A stretch of 64,000 nucleotides of DNA, from IMG/VR virus record IMGVR_UViG_3300032092_000009, positions 46,869 to 110,868 of that record; one strand, given 5' to 3'. A program made the position numbers and the translations under genes. Source of the stretch: a virus. Lineage: Duplodnaviria > Caudoviricetes. This document shows positions 56,701 through 64,000 of the stretch, piece by piece (position 1 is the first letter of the stretch; each line of letters opens with the position of its first letter). The notes under the pieces are model-generated. The model was not told where the DNA came from. It saw only the letters and a list, made by a program, of their open reading frames with translations, and searched no databases.

Positions 56701-59700
56701 AGAACAGAAATCTCTCCAGAGTTTTACAGAGAGCAAGAGGCTATAACAGATTCTATTAATGCTATTCTTAGTAGGTATCCTTCTTTAGATGCAGAAGACC
56801 TTACTGAGGCTTACAAGAGATTAAACAACGCTATCTTAGGCTTTAGAGATAATGACGGAGCTATTCAAGGTAATGATGTAGTCAATGCAGGTAATTTGTT
56901 TCAGACAGTTAAAGACATAGAAGCAGAGATAGAAGACATCAAGAAGTATGCAGAGGCAAGAGAGTTAAGTGCAGATGATAAGTCAGAGTTAGGCAGACTG
57001 TATAAAATGCTTAATGCTTTGCAGGGTAGAAAAGAAACCCAATACTACAAAGACAAAGTAGCAGAAGTCCAAGCAACAATCAGAACAGAGGTATCTCAAG
57101 ACCAAGAGTTCATGGATTCGTTGGAGGAGAAAGCAAAGACAAGAAGAGAGACTTACATTGCAGCACAGTTGATGAGTACATTTACAACTGTAGAAGAAAT
57201 AAAACAAACAATCCTAGAAGAAGAAATAGACGATAGATTTAGAGCAAGTCAGTGGTATAAGGACAATCATATTGTTACCGAAGAGGTAAAGATAGTAAAC
57301 GGAGACACAGTAACTACAACTAAAGAAAGACCTTCTTATATCTGGACTCAGATTCTTCCTAAGGATGCTCGTCACATTATTGAGGACGCTCCTTCATTCC
57401 AATGGTCTATACCTGTAATTGACGATAAGTTCAAGAACAAAGACTACAGATTTACTTCTGAACCTAGACCAAGAGAGACTTCTGATGGTAAATACTCTAA
57501 CCAAGAGTACTACAGCCTTCCTTCTCAAGAGAGAGCAATTCTAGATGAAATTATCTCTTTACACGAGGACGTACAGAAAGAGTTGCCTAAGAGTCAACGT
57601 ATCGGATACTCTCTAGTAAATGAGAACAAGACAGCATTTGAGACTTTATCTAATGTTTTCAGAAGACCTCTTGATACTTTCTCAGGTATCTATGAGTTGT
57701 TTAAGTTAGCTTTTGTACCTAACATAGGTTCTAGTCAATACGAACAGTTAGACGAGTCTGAGGTAGAGACTATCTCAGGAAGAAAAGTACAATTGATTCG
57801 TAGTCGTTACAAAACTCCATTGAATACAGATCAGGTATCTTATAATATCTTGGGTAATATCGCTAAGTATGGAGTTTACTCTTCACACTTTGCAGCTATG
57901 CAAAAGATTATGCCTACTGTCTTCAGCACTAGAGATGCATTAGAAAGAAACAAAACTGCTGAAAGTACTTTGTCTACAGTAGACTTTGAAATCTCTAAGA
58001 ACTTCTACGGAGAAGAGATTAACTCAATGGGTAATACAAAGTTTGTTAAACTTCTTACTCGTCCTGCCAACAAGTTTTTGTCAGTAGGTCAACGTAAAGC
58101 TTTGCAGTTTAACGCAATTGCATCTATTAAGAACTTTGCAGTCAACTTATGGAATGCAGGAATAAATGCAAATCTAGCAGGCGTAAGTAGACAAGAATTC
58201 ATTCAGGGTATGTGGAGAGGACTTAAACAATCAGATAAGATGTTTGAAGTTTACAGAGGTGGAGGTAATGTTTCTTACTACGCAGACCTTTTAATGCACT
58301 TTAATGCTATGCCACAAGCACAACCTGGAGCTAAGGCAGATACTATTCATCAGACTATGTTGAATAGATTTGTATCTAGTGAGACTGCAGGTTTTGTAAT
58401 TCGTGGATACTTGGAGAGTATTTCTACTATTGCTGTATTCGAGTCTATCATGAATCAGTACAATGTTCAGATTGAAGAAGGTGGAACAACAAGAACTATT
58501 AAGTTAGCAGAAGCATATGAACAAGTAGACGGTAAACTACAGCTTAAAGCTGGAGTAAAAGTAGAGAACATATCTCGCTTAGAACAACAGATCAGAGATA
58601 GAATCTTTAATTACTTTACCTCAACACAGGGTAACTACTATAAGAGAGGGTCAGCTCAATACGAAAGATATATTCTTGCAAGAATGGTCATGAGTATGAA
58701 GCGTTGGTTAGCTACTACATTTAATAATAAGTATGGATCAAGAAGACTCCAGTTAAATACAGGTAACATAGAGAAAGGATTTAACAGAGAAGTTGGTTCT
58801 TATTTAAAACTACTTGCTTTGGGTGGTAGTTCTATGGCTAACCAGACAGTTACAGATCAACAAAAGTCTAGGATGCGTACTGCAGCTACCAACTTAGTGG
58901 GTATGCTTGCTATACAACAAGCCTTGATCACTACTATGGGTATCATAGCTAAGTCTTTAGATCCAGATGATGAGGAGAGCACTAGTCCATTCTTAGCGTT
59001 TATTGCTAACTTACTTCAAGGTATACATGACGAGTTAACTACCTTTAGTCCTATAGGGGCAGCAAACTGGGCTTACAAGTCATTCTATCAAACTCCTACC
59101 AAACAACCAGGAGAGAGTAACACAATAGCAAGAGGTAAACAGTTAGGTTGGAGTGTTATTGGTGGTACAACTAAAGCTTCCTATGATGCATTGACTCCTT
59201 TGTTTGATGGAGATACTTGGTCAGATCCTTTTGGTTCTTTCTCATATAAGTATGCTAATGGTCTTCCTAACTCATTCAGTACTCCTAAAGCACTGTATGG
59301 TAAGCCTAATCTACTTGCAGCTTTCATGATTTATACAGGAGCAGAGTCAGGTATGAGTCAATTCCTACAGCCAGAGAAAAAGCTTTATACTGTATTGAAA
59401 TACAACCCAAGGTTAGACTTAACGGAAGAAAGAAGGATTAAACTAGATCCTATGGGAAGCTATAACCAATTGAGCGAGAGAGTGTCCGAGATTAAAAAAG
59501 AGTTAAAGTCAGTAGATCCTTCAAAGAGAATCACAGATCAAGGAGAAAGAATAGAGAGATTTAAAGAGATTGCTTCCTTGGAGAGTAAGATGGAGATCAT
59601 AGGAATGCAGTATCCATACGTAGGAGCCTACTATAGAAATAGAAAGTTTGGTTCTTCATTGGGAAGTAGGGAAGCAGCGAGACTCAATAAGGAAATCGAG

Positions 59701-59808
59701 AGGTATCAGATGCAAAATAACCCCGAAGAATTCCTAAGAGATAAGCTGGAATCTAAAGTAGAAGGGTTAAGAAATAAGGTAGAATCAGAAAGACTAAGGA
59801 GAAAGTAA
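53779..59808 (+). CDS. Large cargo protein with N-terminal zincin metallopeptidase domain
   Basis: AFYDNNSRTIYI..LIHESMH...EEFVSEVVSNPHF; long helical body; hydrophobic C-terminal segments. Confidence 0.75.
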   Translation: MSCKATIKSPITGKTVMSTTYYQLTNVFDKEKAVDIYNSMYTPGFQDLLGFDWTTNKEYREELNLNGEPKIEYLNEILGLELSDYQLDAINSEEDALTQLDPMQEFPTYDEAVLVAANFNLNPRYKNISAEVVRTDKGFRVSIGLFKASGIESKETLSKLNFGEIISQFFPNSNSSWDDVVSGLLTSDRLSDTQKTVLSKLKELQDINPSVKLVIFDDTDSMDAGQVAFYDNNSRTIYIGKTVSESMDDSKLITDLIHESMHAYTIKALNEPVTDQEKAFKAEMEKVYNSYLKKFPNLVVNYGFTNVEEFVSEVVSNPHFRAALTTQQESLKEDKGFLRNMLEKITNFLKGLYTDLPNIEQIDSTINSYLDHLIETRDMPITQGEYDLRFKSEKYNPNGLTDLERFPELQKFVNFINKNTSSKMWGQITQSLKEIDATLRSTGRLQERFSDINSTNAKDILANTIAYLNTALTTLTTVQNQLDLYKKNASEFEDFAIIKTFNYAKNLSGVIREQINEFEKEFNAIFSLEDITNMQDRATAQEALELAIPDYAQVVKELMQTIEETRKLADSIDSNYNNAVIAPIARELAASFGEEATVEGKKRVKEQLTALTAAKAKADANGKTALSKVLAKEIEDLRQLERFIPTAKNIEELLKNDKKYGRETSFLGMWINNAVQGKNPTVQIVKQFIDKATAEAQVNSGKFSKRAQDIFDRLRNLRGKLATEGMTYQTLYKGFTRVVEVLHKQPDGSLKKVKQAVLNTKLKEEEFQNDLKLLLEREEQAIKSGDQSAIDNTKAATNKFLEDYALRPYTDEYYKIQELLTEEAKEAREAILSEINFLSEDLNPDETTKDEIKRLLTEFNRLGSLYYSNGDEKPVGSKDRRVAESIIAWKKERNNQDVLTYDNVSKRKQWQIQKNEIDEEYNKILKRKNASDISMSMRAFSDLQDDNLAEENEKITKEFEEAKKVRDQWYEENTRTEISPEFYREQEAITDSINAILSRYPSLDAEDLTEAYKRLNNAILGFRDNDGAIQGNDVVNAGNLFQTVKDIEAEIEDIKKYAEARELSADDKSELGRLYKMLNALQGRKETQYYKDKVAEVQATIRTEVSQDQEFMDSLEEKAKTRRETYIAAQLMSTFTTVEEIKQTILEEEIDDRFRASQWYKDNHIVTEEVKIVNGDTVTTTKERPSYIWTQILPKDARHIIEDAPSFQWSIPVIDDKFKNKDYRFTSEPRPRETSDGKYSNQEYYSLPSQERAILDEIISLHEDVQKELPKSQRIGYSLVNENKTAFETLSNVFRRPLDTFSGIYELFKLAFVPNIGSSQYEQLDESEVETISGRKVQLIRSRYKTPLNTDQVSYNILGNIAKYGVYSSHFAAMQKIMPTVFSTRDALERNKTAESTLSTVDFEISKNFYGEEINSMGNTKFVKLLTRPANKFLSVGQRKALQFNAIASIKNFAVNLWNAGINANLAGVSRQEFIQGMWRGLKQSDKMFEVYRGGGNVSYYADLLMHFNAMPQAQPGAKADTIHQTMLNRFVSSETAGFVIRGYLESISTIAVFESIMNQYNVQIEEGGTTRTIKLAEAYEQVDGKLQLKAGVKVENISRLEQQIRDRIFNYFTSTQGNYYKRGSAQYERYILARMVMSMKRWLATTFNNKYGSRRLQLNTGNIEKGFNREVGSYLKLLALGGSSMANQTVTDQQKSRMRTAATNLVGMLAIQQALITTMGIIAKSLDPDDEESTSPFLAFIANLLQGIHDELTTFSPIGAANWAYKSFYQTPTKQPGESNTIARGKQLGWSVIGGTTKASYDALTPLFDGDTWSDPFGSFSYKYANGLPNSFSTPKALYGKPNLLAAFMIYTGAESGMSQFLQPEKKLYTVLKYNPRLDLTEERRIKLDPMGSYNQLSERVSEIKKELKSVDPSKRITDQGERIERFKEIASLESKMEIIGMQYPYVGAYYRNRKFGSSLGSREAARLNKEIERYQMQNNPEEFLRDKLESKVEGLRNKVESERLRRK

Positions 59809-59819
59809 CTCCTTAGTCT
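59791..59819 (+). terminator. Perfect 11-bp hairpin enclosing the stop codon
   Basis: AGACTAAGGAG-AAAGTAA-CTCCTTAGTCT. Confidence 0.55.
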
Positions 59820-59827
59820 ACTATCTC

Positions 59828-59857
59828 TTGACTTTATTTTAAATTAAAGTAAATTTG
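59828..59857 (+). promoter_or_regulatory. Bacteroidota-type promoter for the lysis cassette
   Basis: TTGAC at 59828, TAAATTTG at 59850-59857. Confidence 0.7.
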
Positions 59858-59906
59858 TGTATACGGACTTAGGTCGGACTTAGAGTCGTAAAAGATAATA
59901 TACATT

Positions 59907-60245
59907 ATGGAAACTCATGACATTCTCAGAGAGCAATCAAAGAAACTTCGTCAAATCGAAAGTCAACTTTGTTGCATCAATGCTAGCGTAACTGCGGAAG
60001 CAGGTATGAATGGTAGCAAAGTTATTTCAGGTACTTCTCCTGTTACAGGAAGCTTTCAGTACTTTGTAGTAAACGCATCTGCTGTAGTTACAGCAATCTT
60101 AGATCAAAGCGGTAATAGTCTTATGACTTCACTAAGTTTATCTGGGATTACTTTAGCTCCAACAATGAAGATTAGCGTACCTAAAGGTACAACTATCTCT
60201 TCTATCACACTTTCTTCTGGTTCAGTAATCGCTTACAACGCTTAA
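59907..60245 (+). CDS. Hypothetical (possibly structural) protein
   Basis: 112 aa; short coiled coil then a beta-rich end (ISSITLSSGSVIAYN). Confidence 0.6.
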   Translation: METHDILREQSKKLRQIESQLCCINASVTAEAGMNGSKVISGTSPVTGSFQYFVVNASAVVTAILDQSGNSLMTSLSLSGITLAPTMKISVPKGTTISSITLSSGSVIAYNA

Positions 60246-60667
60246 TGAAAACCCTTCTAATAGCTTTCACTACAGTATGTGCCTTCTTAGGCACATATTT
60301 TTTAAAGTTGACTGCAGATAACTTCGAGCAGTTCTTAGCTATAGTGTCTGTTGTTAGTTTAGATGGTTTCTTTGGTGTGTGGGCTGGAACAAAGAAAGAA
60401 GGTTTTCAAACTCGTAAGGCACTAAAAGTTCTTAAGACTTTGGTTGGTTGGGTAGTAATACTATCCGTTGTTCTCCTAGTAGAGAAAGGATTTGATGGTA
60501 CATTTTGGCTAAGTGAGACTATTTGTGCTCCCTTTATTATCTTCCAACTGATTAGTGCTCTTAAGAATGCACATACAGTAGGAATCATAGATAACAGTGT
60601 ACTATCCCAAGTTCTAGAAAAAATAGACAGACATAAATTCAACCACGATGAAAAACCTCTCGATTAA
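60245..60667 (+). CDS. Phage holin (holin family 4-like)
   Basis: Several TM segments; LDGFFGVWAG..K and SALKNA..VG motifs. Confidence 0.7.
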   Translation: MKTLLIAFTTVCAFLGTYFLKLTADNFEQFLAIVSVVSLDGFFGVWAGTKKEGFQTRKALKVLKTLVGWVVILSVVLLVEKGFDGTFWLSETICAPFIIFQLISALKNAHTVGIIDNSVLSQVLEKIDRHKFNHDEKPLD

Positions 60668-60965
60668 ACTTAACTTTATCTTTTTCTTTGTTATTGTATA
60701 CCTGCTTTACAGGTACGAGTATGTACAAGAGCAGGACACTAACCAAGTAATATCTTTTATAGATTCTATAGATAAAGCCAACGATACTTACTTCGAAAAG
60801 ATAGACTCTCTAGAGCACATCAAGCACGAAGAGTATCACAACTATGAAAAAATCACCTTAAAGTATGACACAATTCAGATTGCTATTGACACTATGCCTG
60901 ATATTGACGGCACAAAGTATCTACTCACAATCTCTAGACAGCTTACCGCTAAAGGAGTTGAATAA
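60648..60965 (+). CDS. N-terminal TM coiled-coil protein (i-spanin-like)
   Basis: FIFFFVIVYLLY TM, then an IDSL-type helical region; follows the holin. Confidence 0.5.
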   Translation: MKNLSIKLNFIFFFVIVYLLYRYEYVQEQDTNQVISFIDSIDKANDTYFEKIDSLEHIKHEEYHNYEKITLKYDTIQIAIDTMPDIDGTKYLLTISRQLTAKGVE

Positions 60966-61224
60966 TGAGTTCTTAAAAGGAATTCAAGCACGTGAAAGAG
61001 TAGTTAGTTTAAAGAAGATTGTCAAAGCAGACAGTCTTCAACTACATTATTATAAAGATTCTATAGTTCCCAACTACCAAAAGGCTTTAGATACAGCCAA
61101 GGTAGAGATAGTTCGCTTAGATACTAAAGTTAGATCTCAAGCAGAAACTATAAAAACATTGAAGAATGTTTTGAAAGGCGGATTAATTGCTATAGCTTTG
61201 TTAACCATAGGGTTAATACTTTAA
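60865..61224 (+). CDS. Signal peptide + coiled coil + C-terminal TM protein (spanin-like partner)
   Basis: Overlaps the previous gene by 101 nt; IYS-Q cleavage; C-terminal GGLIAIALLTIGLIL. Confidence 0.5.
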   Translation: MTQFRLLLTLCLILTAQSIYSQSLDSLPLKELNNEFLKGIQARERVVSLKKIVKADSLQLHYYKDSIVPNYQKALDTAKVEIVRLDTKVRSQAETIKTLKNVLKGGLIAIALLTIGLIL

Positions 61225-61235
61225 CCACCAAGCCT

Positions 61236-62570
61236 ATGATGCCAATCTCTAAACAGATTGTCCAGTATTATATGGACAATCCAAATACGAATGAGACAGC
61301 TATTGAAGTTGCTCTTCGTTTTAATTATCATCCTGAAGAACGTAATCAGTTAAGGGGTAAGCGAGTTCGTGATTTAAAAAGATCAGCTATGGCTAAACTT
61401 CTAAAAGGTGATCCTCTTTACATGCCAAACCCACAATCTGAGATTAATTCTAATACAACTCTAGGAACATACGATGAGAATCTAGAAAAAGGTACCTTAG
61501 AAGTATCTAAACTAGTCTCTGAACAACCTAGATCTGCAGAAGAGATAATTAGAATCCACAAAATAGATACTACTAAGTGGAAATTAGTTCAGTATTGGAG
61601 TAAAGAAAAGAGTGCAGGCTGGCTAGTGTCAGCCTTATTTGCTCATATAAAGCCTGAGGATACTTTTAATGATGACATAGAAGGCATTTTAAGAGAAGTT
61701 TTTTTAGAGTCTGACATCAATGTATATCCAACGCCTAAGAAAGCTCCTGTGAGCACTAAGAGAGGCTTATTCGTATACATGAGTGACAAACATGTAGGTG
61801 CACTTACACACTCTACTGCTCTTTTTGGTAACGAATACAATGAGAATGTCTTTGAGGAGCGAATGAATAGAACTCTAGAGGAAATAGAAAGACAAGTAAA
61901 GACTTATGGAAGACTAGAAGACTTGTTTATTTGTGACTTGGGTGACTCTTTAGATGGTTGGAATGGCTACACTACTAGAGGAGGTCACCAATTGCCTCAG
62001 AACATGGATAATAAAGAAGCTTTTATGACTTATCTTTATGCTCATAAGAGATTCTTTGATACATTAGTAGAGAGAAACTTAGCAAATAACCTTCACGCAG
62101 TAATGCAAACTAACGATAACCATGCAGGTTCATTCGGTTACATTACTAATCAAGCATTAAACTTATACTTAAATACAGCTTATCCATTCATCAAAGTAAC
62201 GATAATGGAGAAGTTCTTAGAACATTTTGACTATGGCAAACATACGTTTATCTTCACTCACGGAAAAGATTCTGAAGATCTTAAGCACGGTCTTCCCCTT
62301 TTCTTAAATGAAAAAGCAGAAAACTTCCTTAATAAGTACATCAATCACCACAACTTAGGAGAGAATAAAAATATCTCGATAGTAAAAGGAGACCTACATA
62401 CAGAGAGTATGCAACAAGCATACAAGTTTAGATACCGTAATGTATTGTCTATGTATGGTTCTTCTAAGTGGATTATGAACAACTTTGGCCCTGGGTATCC
62501 AGGAGTTTCCTTTGATTTAGTAGAAAAAGATACGGATTTGATTTATTCGTTTTATATTCGCTTTAAATAA
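61236..62570 (+). CDS. Calcineurin-like metallophosphoesterase
   Basis: SDKHVG, DLGDSLDG, NDNH, THG and GDLH metal-binding motifs. Confidence 0.75.
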   Translation: MMPISKQIVQYYMDNPNTNETAIEVALRFNYHPEERNQLRGKRVRDLKRSAMAKLLKGDPLYMPNPQSEINSNTTLGTYDENLEKGTLEVSKLVSEQPRSAEEIIRIHKIDTTKWKLVQYWSKEKSAGWLVSALFAHIKPEDTFNDDIEGILREVFLESDINVYPTPKKAPVSTKRGLFVYMSDKHVGALTHSTALFGNEYNENVFEERMNRTLEEIERQVKTYGRLEDLFICDLGDSLDGWNGYTTRGGHQLPQNMDNKEAFMTYLYAHKRFFDTLVERNLANNLHAVMQTNDNHAGSFGYITNQALNLYLNTAYPFIKVTIMEKFLEHFDYGKHTFIFTHGKDSEDLKHGLPLFLNEKAENFLNKYINHHNLGENKNISIVKGDLHTESMQQAYKFRYRNVLSMYGSSKWIMNNFGPGYPGVSFDLVEKDTDLIYSFYIRFK

Positions 62571-62577
62571 AAATAAG

Positions 62578-62808
62578 ATGATTACCCTAGCAGATATAGA
62601 CAAATTAATAAATCAATTCTATCTAGACTCGGAGAAGGATGGTCAAGCAATGAGACCTAATGCAGTCCTACTTACCGAAGAGCAGTTCGAAGACTTGCTT
62701 ATAGAGATGGGAGTAGAAGACGAAGATGATGTCACAATAGAAAGTATATACGGATTAGATGTCATACTTGCAGTAGGACTAGAGTATCCGAGAGTAATAA
62801 GACTTTAA
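62578..62808 (+). CDS. Hypothetical acidic protein
   Basis: 76-aa ORF ending before a bidirectional terminator. Confidence 0.6.
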   Translation: MITLADIDKLINQFYLDSEKDGQAMRPNAVLLTEEQFEDLLIEMGVEDEDDVTIESIYGLDVILAVGLEYPRVIRL

Positions 62809-62821
62809 TAAGACTTTAAAT

Positions 62822-62850
62822 AAAAAGGGGCCCTATTAAGAGCCCCTTTT
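62822..62850. terminator. Bidirectional terminator between convergent modules
   Basis: AAAAAGGGGC-loop-GCCCCTTTT. Confidence 0.8.
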
Positions 62851-62900
62851 CATTTGGTTGGTAAAATAACTAAAAACTAAAACTAAATAAACTAAAACTA

Positions 62901-63224
62901 TTAGATCGCTTGTGGTCCACCTGTTAAGCTAAAGAAAGCAAGAATCTCTTCCTTTACCTTCAACTCAACTACGATAGGCTCACTTGTGATTTCAAATTTA
63001 GTGATTTTTACTGGAACTTTTTGCTTAGTTGCAGGATCAATCTTGTATTGATAGTCTACAGGATTAAGTTTGTCTGCTGCTCCCTCAAGAACAATAGCCA
63101 ATCCATTCTCTGTAGGATAGGTCATCAACACCTTGTTAAGGTCAAAAGAGAAACCCTTTTTAATAACGAGTTCCATCTCTTCACCACTCTCGATTTTCTC
63201 TTTTTCGGTATAGTAGAATAACAT
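62901..63224 (-). CDS. Hypothetical protein
   Basis: 107-aa ORF in the minus-strand operon. Confidence 0.65.
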   Translation of the reverse strand: MLFYYTEKEKIESGEEMELVIKKGFSFDLNKVLMTYPTENGLAIVLEGAADKLNPVDYQYKIDPATKQKVPVKITKFEITSEPIVVELKVKEEILAFFSLTGGPQAI

Positions 63225-63235
63225 AGTCGTATATA

Positions 63236-63517
63236 TTACCAGATGATAGCGATGTCGCTAGACCTTACCATGATTTTTTCATTGCCCTCTACTTCTACTA
63301 GTTCTGCAGATTGCAATGACATTAACTGTACATAGACTTTGTCTCCAACGTTGATACCTTGAACTTCTTCTCCAACGGCAAATACTTCTAGGTTCTTCAA
63401 CTTCTTCAACTCTTCAAACTCCATTGCCTCCTCCATCTCTGGACTCAACTTGATAAGTCTTTCTTCTTTTACAGGACGATTAAGTAATACTCTGTGTCCT
63501 TTTACTTTGATGCTCAT
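63236..63517 (-). CDS. groES: GroES-like co-chaperonin
   Basis: IKVKGHRVLL..., EVFAVGEEVQGINVGDKV, IMVRSSDIAII. Confidence 0.75.
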   Translation of the reverse strand: MSIKVKGHRVLLNRPVKEERLIKLSPEMEEAMEFEELKKLKNLEVFAVGEEVQGINVGDKVYVQLMSLQSAELVEVEGNEKIMVRSSDIAIIW

Positions 63518-63524
63518 ATCTTTT

Positions 63525-63965
63525 TTAATTTAGTTCTGCTTTAATTACATCTAGACCTGCAGCAATCAAAAGCTCTAAGCCTGATCTGTCTCTATAGTCT
63601 TCGATGTATACAAATGTAGTGATTCCACTTTGAATTATCAACTTAGCGCAATGCACACAGCATGCATGAGTACAGTACATAGTGGCTCCCTCTGTACTGA
63701 TAGGACTCTTGCATGCTTTAGTGATTGCATTAGACTCTGCGTGTAATACGTATTCAAAGGTTACATTGTTGGCTTCACAAACATTAGGGAACCCAGAAGG
63801 TGTGCCATTATAACCAAAGGAGATGATGTTACCATTCTTAACAATTAAGGCTCCTACTTGGAGTCTTTCACAGTAGGACTCTTGAGAAATTCTTTTAGTT
63901 AAATCTAAGTAAAGCAATGCTTTATCTCCTACTGTTGTGTTGTAAATGATTGGTATCTTATGCAT
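63525..63965 (-). CDS. dCMP deaminase
   Basis: QVGALIVK..IISFGYNGTPSG, HAESNAI, HACCVHC Zn-binding motifs. Confidence 0.9.
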   Translation of the reverse strand: MHKIPIIYNTTVGDKALLYLDLTKRISQESYCERLQVGALIVKNGNIISFGYNGTPSGFPNVCEANNVTFEYVLHAESNAITKACKSPISTEGATMYCTHACCVHCAKLIIQSGITTFVYIEDYRDRSGLELLIAAGLDVIKAELN

Positions 63966-64000
63966 ACTATGGTTTTAAACTTTCTTCAAATCTATAAATT

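Larger units (their letters stand above)
1..64000. mobile_element. crAss-like (Crassvirales-type) bacteriophage genome segment, late/structural region
   Basis: Gene order TerL-portal-scaffold-MCP-ring/auxiliary capsid-IHF-tail ring-muzzle, then giant cargo proteins with a DFDID RNA polymerase; no host housekeeping genes. Confidence 0.93.

Noticed and set aside
14513-59808. Stop-codon reassignment as in some Crassvirales
   Set aside because: TerL, portal, MCP, muzzle and RNAP are all uninterrupted in standard code 11, and no suppressor tRNA was seen
62795-62816. Tandem 11-bp duplication TAATAAGACTT at a gene end
   Set aside because: Likely slippage duplication; only two copies, no spacer structure, not CRISPR
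63236-63965. GroES without GroEL and dCMP deaminase as novelties
   Set aside because: Both are common phage accessory genes
1-64000. tRNA, rRNA, CRISPR arrays, integrase or transposase
   Set aside because: None recognisable by eye; a tRNAscan/Infernal run would be needed to exclude them formally

Overview
The window is a 64-kb fragment of a crAss-like (Crassvirales-type) podophage genome. The host is almost certainly a Bacteroidota: there are TTG-N19/21-TAnnTTTG promoters, A-rich start regions without Shine-Dalgarno sequences, Gln after signal-peptide cleavage sites and a T9SS sorting domain. From left to right: (1) the 3' part of a modular tail fibre; (2) a holin-like gene plus a YkuD-like peptidoglycan enzyme; (3) an unusual operon of secreted/envelope proteins (zincin, cohesin-dockerin-T9SS scaffold, CsgG-like lipoprotein, putative beta-barrel hiding an overprinted gene, dockerin-bearing C-type lectin); (4) wHTH, HU and Zn-finger genes; (5) TerL, portal, scaffold, MCP, ring/auxiliary capsid, IHF, tail and muzzle genes; (6) a Dps-like gene and basic xxGG-motif proteins; (7) giant ejected cargo proteins including the single-chain virion RNA polymerase (DFDID); (8) a second holin with a spanin-like pair and a metallophosphoesterase; (9) the convergent end of an opposite-strand module (GroES, dCMP deaminase). 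Most notable are the phage-encoded cohesin/dockerin/lectin surface module, the overprinted membrane protein, and a head-to-tail pattern of terminal-only cysteines across four consecutive cargo proteins. All calls come from motif recognition by eye; no searches were run.
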